Source of the DNA: Candidatus Sulfomarinibacteraceae bacterium
GTDB lineage: Bacteria; Acidobacteriota; Thermoanaerobaculia; Thermoanaerobaculales; Sulfomarinibacteraceae
Direction of reading: 5' to 3'
Assembly: GCA_963796455.1 (NCBI GenBank)
Contig: CAWCLO010000003.1
Coordinates: forward strand, 64,001 to 128,000
DNA length: 64,000 nucleotides
In this document: one piece after another, positions 41,597-50,616 of the stretch
How positions within the stretch are numbered: position 1 is the stretch's first letter
How the letters are laid out: each line of letters starts with the position of its first letter
Notes under the pieces: model-generated
Databases searched by the model: none
Told to the model about the DNA's origin: nothing
Seen by the model: the letters and a program-made list of their open reading frames with translations, nothing else
Made by a program: the position numbers and the translations under genes

Positions 41597-42076
41597 ATGT
41601 CCAAGGTCATTCGAATGGTGGCGATCCTCGGAGTGCTCGCATTCACGGTCTCATGCGCGAGTTCCGAAGCACAATCTGATTTCGAGCTCGACGTCGACAG
41701 CGACGAGATCCGGGTCGCGATTTCCAAGGAGGTCGCACGGGGCGTGATGGAAGGCCTCATCGGTTCGGAACTCGAATGCGACGGCGATATCGACGGTCAT
41801 ATTCGAGCGTTACTGGAAAAGTTGGACCGGGACGGACCGAGATCGCGGGCCACCTATCGTGACGATGACACGATCATCGACGCCCGTCGCCGGGGATCCA
41901 AACTCGATCTCGACATCCACGGATCGGGCTCAGGCCGTATCCAGGCCACCATGCCCTGGAAAATCGCGGATTGTATGCTCGGTCACCCGACGACCATCGA
42001 CAAAACGATGGCCTCGGCGGTCAAGGTCACAGTGACCAACGACGACGGAAAGAACTTCTCCTTTCGCATGCAATGA
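41597..42076 (+). CDS. Hypothetical lipoprotein
   Basis: Signal peptide ending FTVSC; GGAGG RBS; 159 aa. Confidence 0.75.
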   Translation: MSKVIRMVAILGVLAFTVSCASSEAQSDFELDVDSDEIRVAISKEVARGVMEGLIGSELECDGDIDGHIRALLEKLDRDGPRSRATYRDDDTIIDARRRGSKLDLDIHGSGSGRIQATMPWKIADCMLGHPTTIDKTMASAVKVTVTNDDGKNFSFRMQ

Positions 42077-42143
42077 AAACAATAACGAAACAACACGTTT
42101 CGGATTCCGTTTTTCTATCTGATACGAGAATGGGGAGGCCCTG

Positions 42144-43067
42144 ATGCGCGCACGAAACATGATCGTGACAATCGCTGTTTTTCTACTCTTTTCCGCCGCC
42201 GCCGAAGCCGACATCGAAATTCACAAGGAACACAGTTTTGACGCCCGCGCCGGTGCGACTGTTGTCGTCGATGTGTCCTTCCACAACGTCGAGGTCACCG
42301 CGCGCCCAGGTAACACGGTCAACGTTGTCGTGGATCTCACGATCAGCGGCGACGGGAGCTCCTCAAAAAGAGCAGCGGAGGACCTGCAACCGGAGTTTTC
42401 CGATGAGGGGAAAAAACTCATCATCCGATCAACTCGCGATGGTGGGTGGTCGTGGAAGAAAGCTCGTGCGCGCGGCAAGGTCGTCATCGAGATGCCGCCG
42501 GGAATGGACCTGCTGCTCGATCTTTCGTCTGGGAGCTGCAGAATCAATGGTGATTTCGGAGATGCGGTCGTTCGTTTCGACGCCTCGTCGGGCAGCTTGA
42601 CGGCCAACGGTGCGATGCGTGAACTTCACAGTGATTTTTCTTCGGGCTCGGTCAATGCAACGGTCTATCGCCCGCTCGAGGCGTTTAGCGCCGACGCATC
42701 ATCGGGAAGCATCCGGCTCACTGGCGGTGCATTGCATGCCAAGGTGGAGACCTCCTCGGGAAGCATGAAGCTTCGAGGTCTGCGGGGAGACGCGAAGCTC
42801 GGCTCGTCATCAGGGAGCATCACCGCTCATTGGGACACGATTTCTCCAGATGCCAGCGTGAATGCCGAGGCGAGCTCGGGCAGCGTGACGCTCCAGTTTC
42901 CCACCGGCACCGAACTCGATGGCCTCGTCGAGGTCAGCTCGGGCGGGATCCACACCGACTTTCCCGGTCAAAAGGGCAAGAAGTCCCTCGCTTTGAGCGG
43001 CGGCGACAATGCCGTCATGCTGAGAGTCAGCACCTCATCGGGCTCGGTCAAGCTTCAGGCGAATTGA
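42144..43067 (+). CDS. DUF4097 beta-strand repeat (putative adhesin) secreted protein
   Basis: Signal peptide and repeated xxSSGSx strands; GGAGG RBS. Confidence 0.88.
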   Translation: MRARNMIVTIAVFLLFSAAAEADIEIHKEHSFDARAGATVVVDVSFHNVEVTARPGNTVNVVVDLTISGDGSSSKRAAEDLQPEFSDEGKKLIIRSTRDGGWSWKKARARGKVVIEMPPGMDLLLDLSSGSCRINGDFGDAVVRFDASSGSLTANGAMRELHSDFSSGSVNATVYRPLEAFSADASSGSIRLTGGALHAKVETSSGSMKLRGLRGDAKLGSSSGSITAHWDTISPDASVNAEASSGSVTLQFPTGTELDGLVEVSSGGIHTDFPGQKGKKSLALSGGDNAVMLRVSTSSGSVKLQAN

Positions 43068-43794
43068 AATCGGGACAAAACCCGAGCTGCCACGGCTGAA
43101 CGATCGATATCGAGTGTCCGGAGATGTAGTCCCGGCACGCCGGTGACGGGTCAGCAGCGCTGAGAATCATCGCGGCTGAGGCACCTCGATCGACGAGCGC
43201 CGCTCTCACCTCTCTCGCGATCGAGACGGGCACGGCGTCGCCTCCGACATGACACCTGATAAGAAGATCAGATTCACCGGTGGTGATGACCATGTCGATG
43301 CCCGTCGATTCTCGATCGAGCGCCGCTACCCGGTTCGGACAAACCTGATCGAATTTCAATCCGATTGCGGAACGAAAAGCCACCTCCCCGGCTGATCGCC
43401 ACCATTCGGGGTCGTCGGGGACAGATCGAGGCCGAGTCGATCGATCGTAGTCAGAAACCGCTTTCCGGTACGCAAGGCAGGCCCGAAGAGTCGGAAATCT
43501 CCGACACAACCACCTTTCCTCGACCCGTTCCGAGGCGCACAACACCAGCATCGCAAGCGGCAGCAGAACGACCGAACCTGCGGCGAGGATGATCGTGGTG
43601 AAAAAGAGAGCTGCCGGCCATGAACCGGCGACACGAAAGATGATGAAAGAGATCGCGGCTGCCGCAACCAGGTAGGCGACACCGAGGATGGACGGCCATT
43701 TTTCCGCAAAGAACATGCCCGGGGCGTTCGCAAGGTCTTCCTCGGAAATACCGAAGTCTTCCACCCTCGGCCCATTTGTCGTGTCCCAAATCAT
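43048..43794 (-). CDS. Membrane protein with degenerate Mrr-like restriction endonuclease domain
   Basis: Two N-terminal TM helices; C-terminal GIDMVI..LLIRCH..VPVSIAREV..AMILS resembles the Mrr_cat GxD..QCK..V..VRE pattern. Confidence 0.6.
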   Translation of the reverse strand: MIWDTTNGPRVEDFGISEEDLANAPGMFFAEKWPSILGVAYLVAAAAISFIIFRVAGSWPAALFFTTIILAAGSVVLLPLAMLVLCASERVEERWLCRRFPTLRACLAYRKAVSDYDRSTRPRSVPDDPEWWRSAGEVAFRSAIGLKFDQVCPNRVAALDRESTGIDMVITTGESDLLIRCHVGGDAVPVSIAREVRAALVDRGASAAMILSAADPSPACRDYISGHSISIVQPWQLGFCPDFNSPEA

Positions 43795-43973
43795 CTCGCC
43801 GGCGAGGACCTCCTGTTGTCAAGATACGTCTCTCCGCCCTCGACCGCCATCTTTTGGCCGTTTGATCAAGCTGACAGACAGCGGTATTTTCAATCAACAA
43901 AAGGAATCCCCGAGCCACGAACTGGCCCGGGGATGAAAATGACCTCAGCAGAGAGAGCTGGTTACTGGCGGGG

Positions 43974-45614
43974 TCAGCTGGTCGGAGCCTTCTGGTTCTC
44001 CGCGCCGTTTTTCACCCTCTTTTTGACGTCCTTCTTCGGCTCCGTCGGCATCGGTTTGCGCGGCATCATCTCGTCGCGATTTGCCGCGTGCCAGATGATG
44101 GTCGCGATGACCACCGCCGATTGTTTGAGGTCGTCCGCGTGGAGATGGTCATAGGTGTCAACATTGGTGTGATGGGTTCGGCCCATGTAGTCCATCCGGT
44201 CCTGGATGAACTGGTAGCCCGGCACTCCCACCCGGTCAAAGGCCATGTGATCTGTGCCACTGGTCGTTTTCATGGTGACGGTGTCCGCTCCGAGATCGGC
44301 CAATGGGGCAAACCAGGCCTTGAAAATCGGCATCGCCGCCGCGTTCTCCTCGGTGTAGATTCCGCGAAGTCGGCCATTTCCGTTGTCGATGTTGAAATAA
44401 GCCGAAGTGGTTTTGTGGCCCGGCAGTGGTTGGATGGGCCAGGTGGTCTCGCGGGCCCATGCCGGCAGCTCCAGCTGTTCGGGATCGGTGGTCTCCGGCC
44501 GGGTCGCCAGATAACGCTCGACATAATCCCTGGATCCCAGCAGACCCTGCTCCTCACCGCTCCAAAGCCCGACCCGGATCGTACGGCGGGGTTGCAATCC
44601 CGAATCCTTGATGATCCGGAGAGCCTCCATCACCACGGCGCAACTCCCGCCATTATCGGTAGCGCCGGTGCCGGTGTGCCAGGAGTCGAGATGGGCGCCG
44701 ACCACGACGGTCTCGTTCGCGAGATCAGAACCGTGAAGGTCTGCAATGGTGTTGTAGGCCTGGCGGTCTTCGAACCAGGTCACGGCGACATCGATTTCGA
44801 GAATCGGTTCGATATCCCGGTCGATCATCCGCACCAGGCGGTTGTACTGTTCGGTCGCCATCGTCAGCGACGGGACGCCGAGGACATTCTCGGTCGAACG
44901 ATTTCCCGAGTTGCCGCTCACCCGAACGATGCCATTGTCGCGGGAACTCGGCTCAACTGTCGCCAGCACACCTTCCGTCGCATAAAATTCGGCCAACTTC
45001 TCCCGGAACATGAACCTCTTCATCCGACGCTTACGCCAATCGCCCCAGCGATCGCTCGGGACGTCATACTTCTCGAGTTCCGCGAGACCCTCTTCATCCC
45101 AGCGATGGAAGAGCTCGCCCTCGATCTGCTTGGGCTCCGCGGCGTCATCCAGGAGGACGATCGCGCCATCGAGCTTTCCGGCCCACTTTTCGAGGTCCTC
45201 ATCGTTTTCCAGATTGGCGCGAACAACGCGCCCCTGGATCGGACCATCGGTTCCGGGCGCCCACGCGGCCGAGAGCGCCTCGAGCGGCTGAACGTAGGGA
45301 GAGAGCATGCGTACCTGAACGCGGTCGGCCAGCCAACTCCTGCCAAAGTCATAGCTGTCGAGTTTTACGGTGAGACCCCACTCTTCCATCTTCGCCTTGG
45401 CCCACTCGTGGGCTTCGAGCTCCTGCGGAGTGCCGGTCAGCCTCGGCCCCACGCCTTCGGTCAGATTCCAAGCGATATCCATAACTTGAGAGTGCCGGAA
45501 GCCCTGATCGCGAATCTTGGTGACCGCGTCGAGATCGACCGGTTCGCCGCCGTATACCAGGGATGCGATCACGACGATCACGAGAATGAATCCGACAGTT
45601 TTGAGACGAAGCAT
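43974..45614 (-). CDS. M28-family metallopeptidase (carboxypeptidase Q-like), secreted
   Basis: GPRLTGT, VGAHLDSW..GATDN, WSGEEQGLLGS, GTDH, HHTNVD. Confidence 0.93.
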   Translation of the reverse strand: MLRLKTVGFILVIVVIASLVYGGEPVDLDAVTKIRDQGFRHSQVMDIAWNLTEGVGPRLTGTPQELEAHEWAKAKMEEWGLTVKLDSYDFGRSWLADRVQVRMLSPYVQPLEALSAAWAPGTDGPIQGRVVRANLENDEDLEKWAGKLDGAIVLLDDAAEPKQIEGELFHRWDEEGLAELEKYDVPSDRWGDWRKRRMKRFMFREKLAEFYATEGVLATVEPSSRDNGIVRVSGNSGNRSTENVLGVPSLTMATEQYNRLVRMIDRDIEPILEIDVAVTWFEDRQAYNTIADLHGSDLANETVVVGAHLDSWHTGTGATDNGGSCAVVMEALRIIKDSGLQPRRTIRVGLWSGEEQGLLGSRDYVERYLATRPETTDPEQLELPAWARETTWPIQPLPGHKTTSAYFNIDNGNGRLRGIYTEENAAAMPIFKAWFAPLADLGADTVTMKTTSGTDHMAFDRVGVPGYQFIQDRMDYMGRTHHTNVDTYDHLHADDLKQSAVVIATIIWHAANRDEMMPRKPMPTEPKKDVKKRVKNGAENQKAPTS

Positions 45615-45696
45615 GAGGGACCTCCATCCTTCAGATCAACGAAGTTTAACGCAGGATCAGCCCGACGGATCTGAAGAATTGTGAAGGGAGGAGGGC

Positions 45697-45848
45697 GGCT
45701 ATGGGGCTATGGGGCTATGGGGCTATGGGGCTATGGGGCAAAATGAGGCTATGGGACGACGCGGCTCTGCAACAACCCGGTGCAACAAATTCTTCTCATA
45801 GCCTCATAGCCAGGGAGCGGCGCGACCGATCATCGCCTCACAGCCTCA
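45697..45848. repeat. GGCTATGG/CATAGCCT octamer tandem-inverted element, copy 1
   Basis: (ggctatgg)x5 ... ctcatagcctcatagccagggagc; spacer homologous to 49000-49241. Confidence 0.85.
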
Positions 45849-45910
45849 AGGGAATTGTGATGGGGAGTGGCTCTCGTTGTGACAGTAGCTGCCCTCGAGG
45901 TTGCAACGTC

Positions 45911-47260
45911 CTAGGAGTGCCCATTCATCACCGCGATCTTGCGGCCGATGTTGATTGCCATCTCGAGCGACTGTTCGTAGTTGAGCCGGGGGTCGACGCG
46001 CGACTCGTAGGCACGGTCGAGATCGACCTCCGACAAACCCCGGGCGCCGCCGACGCACTCCGTGACGTTGTCGCCCGACAACTCGAAATGCACACCACCC
46101 TGATACGAACCGAGTTCGGCGTGAATGTCGAAGCTCTGCTCGAGTTCCGAAAGAATGTTCTCGAAACGGCGGGTCTTGCGACCGCCGGGTGTTGTTTCCG
46201 TATTGCCGTGCATCGGATCACAGCACCACAGGACGGTCCGTCCGGCACGTTGAACCGCCTCCACCAGGGGTGGCAGCGATTCGGCCACACTCCCGTGACC
46301 CATCCGGTGAATCAGAGTCATCCGCCCGGGCTCGGCATCAGGGTCGAGCGCTTCGAGTAGATCGAGGAGCCACTCGGGTGTCATGGAGGCGCCGATTTTG
46401 AGCCCGATCGGGTTTCGAATTCCGCGAAAGTAATCGACGTGCGCCCCATCAACCCCGGCGGTCCGAAGTCCGATCCAGGGGAAATGGGTGCCGAGGTTGT
46501 ACCAACCCTCGCGGCGCGGTACCTGCCGCGTCTGCGCCTGCTCATAGGGCAGCAACAGGGCCTCGTGGCTGGTGTAGAAATCGACTCGACTGATCTCATT
46601 GGCCTGCGTGCCCGCCAAGGTTTCCATAAACTGCAACGAATCGGCGATACCCTCCACCATGCGCTGGTACTCCTGGGCGCGCGGTGAATGGGACATGAAG
46701 TCGACGTCCCAATACTCCGGGTGATGGAGGTCCGCAAACCCGCCGTCCACCAGCGACCGGATGAAATTGAGGGTCAAAGCGGAGTATTCGTAACCGCGGA
46801 GCATTCTCTCGGGATCCGGAATACGGTCTTCGGGAGTGAAGTCGGGGCCATTAACGATCTCGCCGCGGTAACTCGGAAGAGAAACCCCGTCCCGTTCTTC
46901 GAGGTCTGTCGACCGCGGTTTGGCGTACTGACCGGCAAAGCGCCCGACCCGGATGATCATGCGCTTGAGCCCGAAGGTCAGCACCAGACTCATCTGGAGC
47001 AGAATCTTGAGCTTGTTGGTGATCGTCTCGGCCGAACACTGGTCGAATCGCTCGGCGCAGGCACCCCCCTGAAGGAGGAATCTCTTGCCGGCGGCGGCCT
47101 CCGCGAGCTGGGAGCGAAGCCGTTCGATCTCCCACGAAGTCACGAGCGGCGGCAGCGCGGACAGACGTTCCACCGTGGCCGCAAGGTGATCCTGATCGGG
47201 ATAGGTCGGCTGTTGCGCGGCCGGTTTGTCACGCCACGATGTGGGGCTCCACTGCTCCAT
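45911..47260 (-). CDS. Class II 3-deoxy-7-phosphoheptulonate (DAHP) synthase
   Basis: QQPTYPD, LLQGGACAE, GRFAGQYAKPRS, YTSHEALLL, WIGLRT, CDPMHGNT, GGVHFELSG, DPRLN. Confidence 0.96.
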   Translation of the reverse strand: MEQWSPTSWRDKPAAQQPTYPDQDHLAATVERLSALPPLVTSWEIERLRSQLAEAAAGKRFLLQGGACAERFDQCSAETITNKLKILLQMSLVLTFGLKRMIIRVGRFAGQYAKPRSTDLEERDGVSLPSYRGEIVNGPDFTPEDRIPDPERMLRGYEYSALTLNFIRSLVDGGFADLHHPEYWDVDFMSHSPRAQEYQRMVEGIADSLQFMETLAGTQANEISRVDFYTSHEALLLPYEQAQTRQVPRREGWYNLGTHFPWIGLRTAGVDGAHVDYFRGIRNPIGLKIGASMTPEWLLDLLEALDPDAEPGRMTLIHRMGHGSVAESLPPLVEAVQRAGRTVLWCCDPMHGNTETTPGGRKTRRFENILSELEQSFDIHAELGSYQGGVHFELSGDNVTECVGGARGLSEVDLDRAYESRVDPRLNYEQSLEMAINIGRKIAVMNGHS

Positions 47261-47317
47261 AAGGCGGGAAGTCTACACGAATGCTCATCCAAATTCTCGT
47301 TTCGTGCCCGCTGCTGT

Positions 47318-47571
47318 CCACGACACGGGCGGCAGCGGCAGCGAACAGGAGTCAGCGGCAGGGAGCAGCGGTCCGGGTCAGCGGTCAGTATTCAGCGGCA
47401 GCGGTCAGGGGTCCAACGCCGATGCGGCCATCCGCGGGTCGTTCAACCGAAGGAGTAGCCGCTGATGACTGAACGCTGAACCTTACTACTGTTCACTGTT
47501 TACTGTTCGCTGTCGCTGTACACCGAGCGCCGTCGCTGTCCCTGAGCCTTGTCCGAGATTGGACATGAGTG
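47318..47571 (+). mobile_element. Empty copy D of the four-helix-bundle-associated element
   Basis: CAGCGG left arm, core CGGCCATCCGCGGGTCGTTCAACCGAAGGAGTAGCCG, right arm actgttcgctgtcgctg..gtcgctgtccctgag..TTGGACATGAGTG. Confidence 0.78.
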
Positions 47572-47580
47572 TGGCGGCCA

Positions 47581-47611
47581 TTGACAATTTTTTATTTGTA
47601 TTATACAAATA
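47581..47611 (+). promoter_or_regulatory. marR-arsM promoter: -35 TTGACA overlapped downstream by a 9-1-9 palindromic operator
   Basis: TTGACA at 47581-47586; TATTTGTAT-T-ATACAAATA at 47593-47611, in an AT-rich island. Confidence 0.7.
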
Positions 47612-47626
47612 TATTTGGAGGTTCTC

Positions 47627-48139
47627 GTGACCGAGGTTGAAACCACGACCGACACCCAGGCAAAACAACTGCGAGAGGGCATTCGATTGTTGGTACGAAG
47701 ATTTTCGCTGGCCGAACGAGCTGACATCAGCTGTTGCGGTATGACGGTGGCACAGGCGGCCACCCTGGAGGCGCTTGCAGACGGTGCGCTTCGATTGAGC
47801 GATCTCGGCACCCGGCTCGGAATTGCACCCAGCACCCTCACCCGCAATCTCGCTCGCCTCGAGGAACGAGGTCTTATAGCCAGGCAATCGGACCCGAAGG
47901 ATGGGCGCGCGCAACGAGTCGCCCTCACCGGCGAAGGTGCTGCGGCCGCTGCTGGAGTGAGACTCCAGGAAGAGATTTTTGCCCGCTCTGTCCTTGATCG
48001 CCTGCCCGCGGGCAGCGTAACCGAGACCCTGGCAACATTCGAGACTCTTTTGGCCGCGGTTCGTTCGGCCACCGAGAGCTGCTGCCCCGGAGCCTACGAA
48101 CACCTGATCACAATCTCATCCGAATCGAGGAGGAAATGA
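47627..48139 (+). CDS. MarR-family regulator with two vicinal Cys pairs (probably arsenic-responsive)
   Basis: STLTRNLARLEERGLI..DPKDGR..LTGEG; SCCG and ESCCP; GTG start after GGAGG; overlaps the arsM start. Confidence 0.9.
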   Translation: MTEVETTTDTQAKQLREGIRLLVRRFSLAERADISCCGMTVAQAATLEALADGALRLSDLGTRLGIAPSTLTRNLARLEERGLIARQSDPKDGRAQRVALTGEGAAAAAGVRLQEEIFARSVLDRLPAGSVTETLATFETLLAAVRSATESCCPGAYEHLITISSESRRK

Positions 48140-48990
48140 TGAAAAACGACCCTGATTCCTCAAAGCTCGACCCCACCGACGCCGCGGCGGTGATCGAAAA
48201 CGTCAAAGACCGATATGCGACCTTTGTCACCGTGGGCACATCATGCTGCGGACCATCCGCGAACAGTTGTTGCGGAACGACTGAGACCGTGGCCGAGAGG
48301 CTCGGCTACACAACCATCGATCTCGACCTTTTGCCCGATGGCGCAAACCTCGGGCTCGGGTGCGGCGCACCGGTCCAGTTCCTCGATCTCGAAGCGGGTG
48401 AAACCGTCGTCGACCTCGGGTCAGGGGCGGGCATCGACGCCCTGATCGCTGCCACAAAGGTCGGGGAAGACGGGCTGGTTATCGGAGTCGACATGACCCC
48501 CGAAATGATTGCCGCCGCCCGCACCAACGCCAAGACGGCCGGCGCCGAGAACGTCGACTTCCGTGAGGGTCAGCTCGACGCCCTGCCGATAGAGGACGCA
48601 ACCGTCGATGCGATCACCAGCAATTGCGTCATCAACCTGGTGCCCGACAAATCGGCGGTGTTTCGTGAGATCGCTCGTGTGCTCCGTCCCGGCGGCCGGC
48701 TCGTCGTCTCCGACATCATCCTCGACGGCGAGCTTCCGGAAACAGTTCGCGACAACCTCATGGCCTACGTCGGCTGTGTCGCCGGCGCCGAACAACGCGA
48801 AAACTATTTCAAGATGCTGTCCGAAGCCGGGCTCGGCAAAATCGAGATCCTCAAGGACGAGGATTTCCTCGAGATGACCGAAAAGGCAACCCCGACCGAA
48901 GTGGTTTCGATCATCGAGGGCGCCGGCATCGACCGTCAATCGGTCGTGGGCCTGGTGCGTTCGGTGACGTACCGAGCGACCAAAGCCTGA
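48136..48990 (+). CDS. arsM: Arsenite S-adenosylmethionine methyltransferase
   Basis: N-terminal [53 protein letters not shown]. Confidence 0.93.
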   Translation: MMKNDPDSSKLDPTDAAAVIENVKDRYATFVTVGTSCCGPSANSCCGTTETVAERLGYTTIDLDLLPDGANLGLGCGAPVQFLDLEAGETVVDLGSGAGIDALIAATKVGEDGLVIGVDMTPEMIAAARTNAKTAGAENVDFREGQLDALPIEDATVDAITSNCVINLVPDKSAVFREIARVLRPGGRLVVSDIILDGELPETVRDNLMAYVGCVAGAEQRENYFKMLSEAGLGKIEILKDEDFLEMTEKATPTEVVSIIEGAGIDRQSVVGLVRSVTYRATKA

Positions 48991-48999
48991 CGGGATCGA

Positions 49000-49241
49000 G
49001 GGCTATGGGGCTATGGGGCTATGGGGCTATGGGGCTATGGGGCCATGAGGCAACTAAGGCTGTGGGACGATTCGGCTCTGAAACAACCTGTTGCAACGAT
49101 TACTCCTCATAGCCTCATAGCCAGGGAGCAAAGCTACCGATCATAGCCTCATAGCCTTATTGCCAGGGAGCAAAGCGACCGATCATAGCCTCATAGCCTT
49201 ATTGCCAGGGAGCAAAGCGACCGATCATAGCCTCATTGCCC
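49000..49241. repeat. GGCTATGG/CATAGCCT element, copy 2, with three 42-bp direct repeats
   Basis: (ggctatgg)x5; GCCAGGGAGCAAAGCGACCGATCATAGCCTCATAGCCTTATT-type units start at 49120, 49162 and 49204. Confidence 0.85.
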
Positions 49242-49291
49242 GGTCACTGATTCTGCCTCTCTTGTGAGACGATTACAGTAGACTCCTCAAC

Positions 49292-50482
49292 GTGAATCTG
49301 GATCTTGAGCTTGCACTGCGTTTTCTGCGCCGCCGGACCGGCGTGCTGCTGCGGGGAACATCCCTGGCCGCATTCGCGGGCGTTGCCCTGGCGGTAGCCG
49401 CGCTGGTTATCACCCTGGCGCTGATGAACGGATATTCAAAGGCCATCGCCTCAGCCCTGCAACGAGGCAACGCCCATATGGTGGGTTTTGTTATCGGGTC
49501 CTTACAACCGGATGAAGCTGCGGTACTCGCGGCTCGCATCGCCGAAATCGACGGCATCAAACGGGTGGCGCCGGTCACCTATCTCTCGGGCCTTCTCGAC
49601 GACCCCAACCAACCCACCAACCCGGTGCCGATCACCCTCAAGGCAGTCGCCGACCCTCCACCGTACACCGGTCTGGATTCGTGGCCGGCCGAGGGTGGTC
49701 TGGTGGCAGTGCTCGGCGAAAAATTGTCCGCCAAGATCGGCATCGGTGCCGGTGATTCCGCCACCGTCCGATTACCCCCGACCGAAGGCTCCTGGATCCT
49801 GCCTGCCTTGCGTCTCGATGTGGTCGGCACGTTCCGACTGGCATTTTCCGAATTCGACGAACAGTGGGTGACGGTCCCGTTACACGAGGTCCTCGAGCTC
49901 GTACCTTCCCTCGGGGTTGCGGGCATCGAGATCGAACTCGAGAACCCGCTCGAGGTCGACCAAGCCCGGAAAGCCCTCTCGAGTCTCGATCAGAGGCTCT
50001 TCTACACCGATTGGCGCGAAATGAACGCTTCGCTGTTCGCCGCCATCCGCTGGCAGACTCTGTCGCTCTTCGTTGTCCTCACCCTGGTGGTGGCCGTGGC
50101 ATCGTTCCAGGTCAGCTCGGCGCTGGTCGTCCTCGCCATCGACAAACAGCGATCATCGGGGATGCTGCAGGCGCTGGGTGCAACCCCTGCCCGAATCCGA
50201 AGAGTCCTGGTGATTTCCGGGCTGCTGCTGGGCGGGTCCGGGATCGCAGCCGGGATCTTTTTCGGGTGCCTCGCGAGCTGGATCATGACCATCACGAGGG
50301 CGATTCGGTTCCCACCCGGGCTGGCCCGTGTCTACATGGTGGATTCAATCCCTCTCATCCCCTCACCCCTCCATCTGCTCGCGGTTGCCGGTGTCTGTTT
50401 GCTTCTCGTCCTGGTCGCCTCCATCTGGCCGGCCTGGCGCACGTCCCGGATGGATCCGGTAGCGGCGCTGCGCGCCACCTGA
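49292..50482 (+). CDS. LolC/E-like (FtsX/MacB family) ABC transporter permease
   Basis: LALRFLR, GVALAVAALVITLALMNG, WREMN, LQALGA, C-terminal PAWRTSRMDPVAALR. Confidence 0.9.
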   Translation: MNLDLELALRFLRRRTGVLLRGTSLAAFAGVALAVAALVITLALMNGYSKAIASALQRGNAHMVGFVIGSLQPDEAAVLAARIAEIDGIKRVAPVTYLSGLLDDPNQPTNPVPITLKAVADPPPYTGLDSWPAEGGLVAVLGEKLSAKIGIGAGDSATVRLPPTEGSWILPALRLDVVGTFRLAFSEFDEQWVTVPLHEVLELVPSLGVAGIEIELENPLEVDQARKALSSLDQRLFYTDWREMNASLFAAIRWQTLSLFVVLTLVVAVASFQVSSALVVLAIDKQRSSGMLQALGATPARIRRVLVISGLLLGGSGIAAGIFFGCLASWIMTITRAIRFPPGLARVYMVDSIPLIPSPLHLLAVAGVCLLLVLVASIWPAWRTSRMDPVAALRAT

Positions 50483-50616
50483 CAAACCCACTCGCCCTGC
50501 GCAAATCCCACCGAAAGTGTCGGAATATTTGACGGTCACATCGTGCTACGCTGATCTGAGACGTCTCGTGCCATTCCATAAGACAGTTTGGAAGGACGTC
50601 TATTCGGTATTTTCAG

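Noticed and set aside
49120..49241. Three 42-bp repeats as a CRISPR array
   Set aside because: Units are directly adjacent with no unique spacers, and there are no cas genes in the window.
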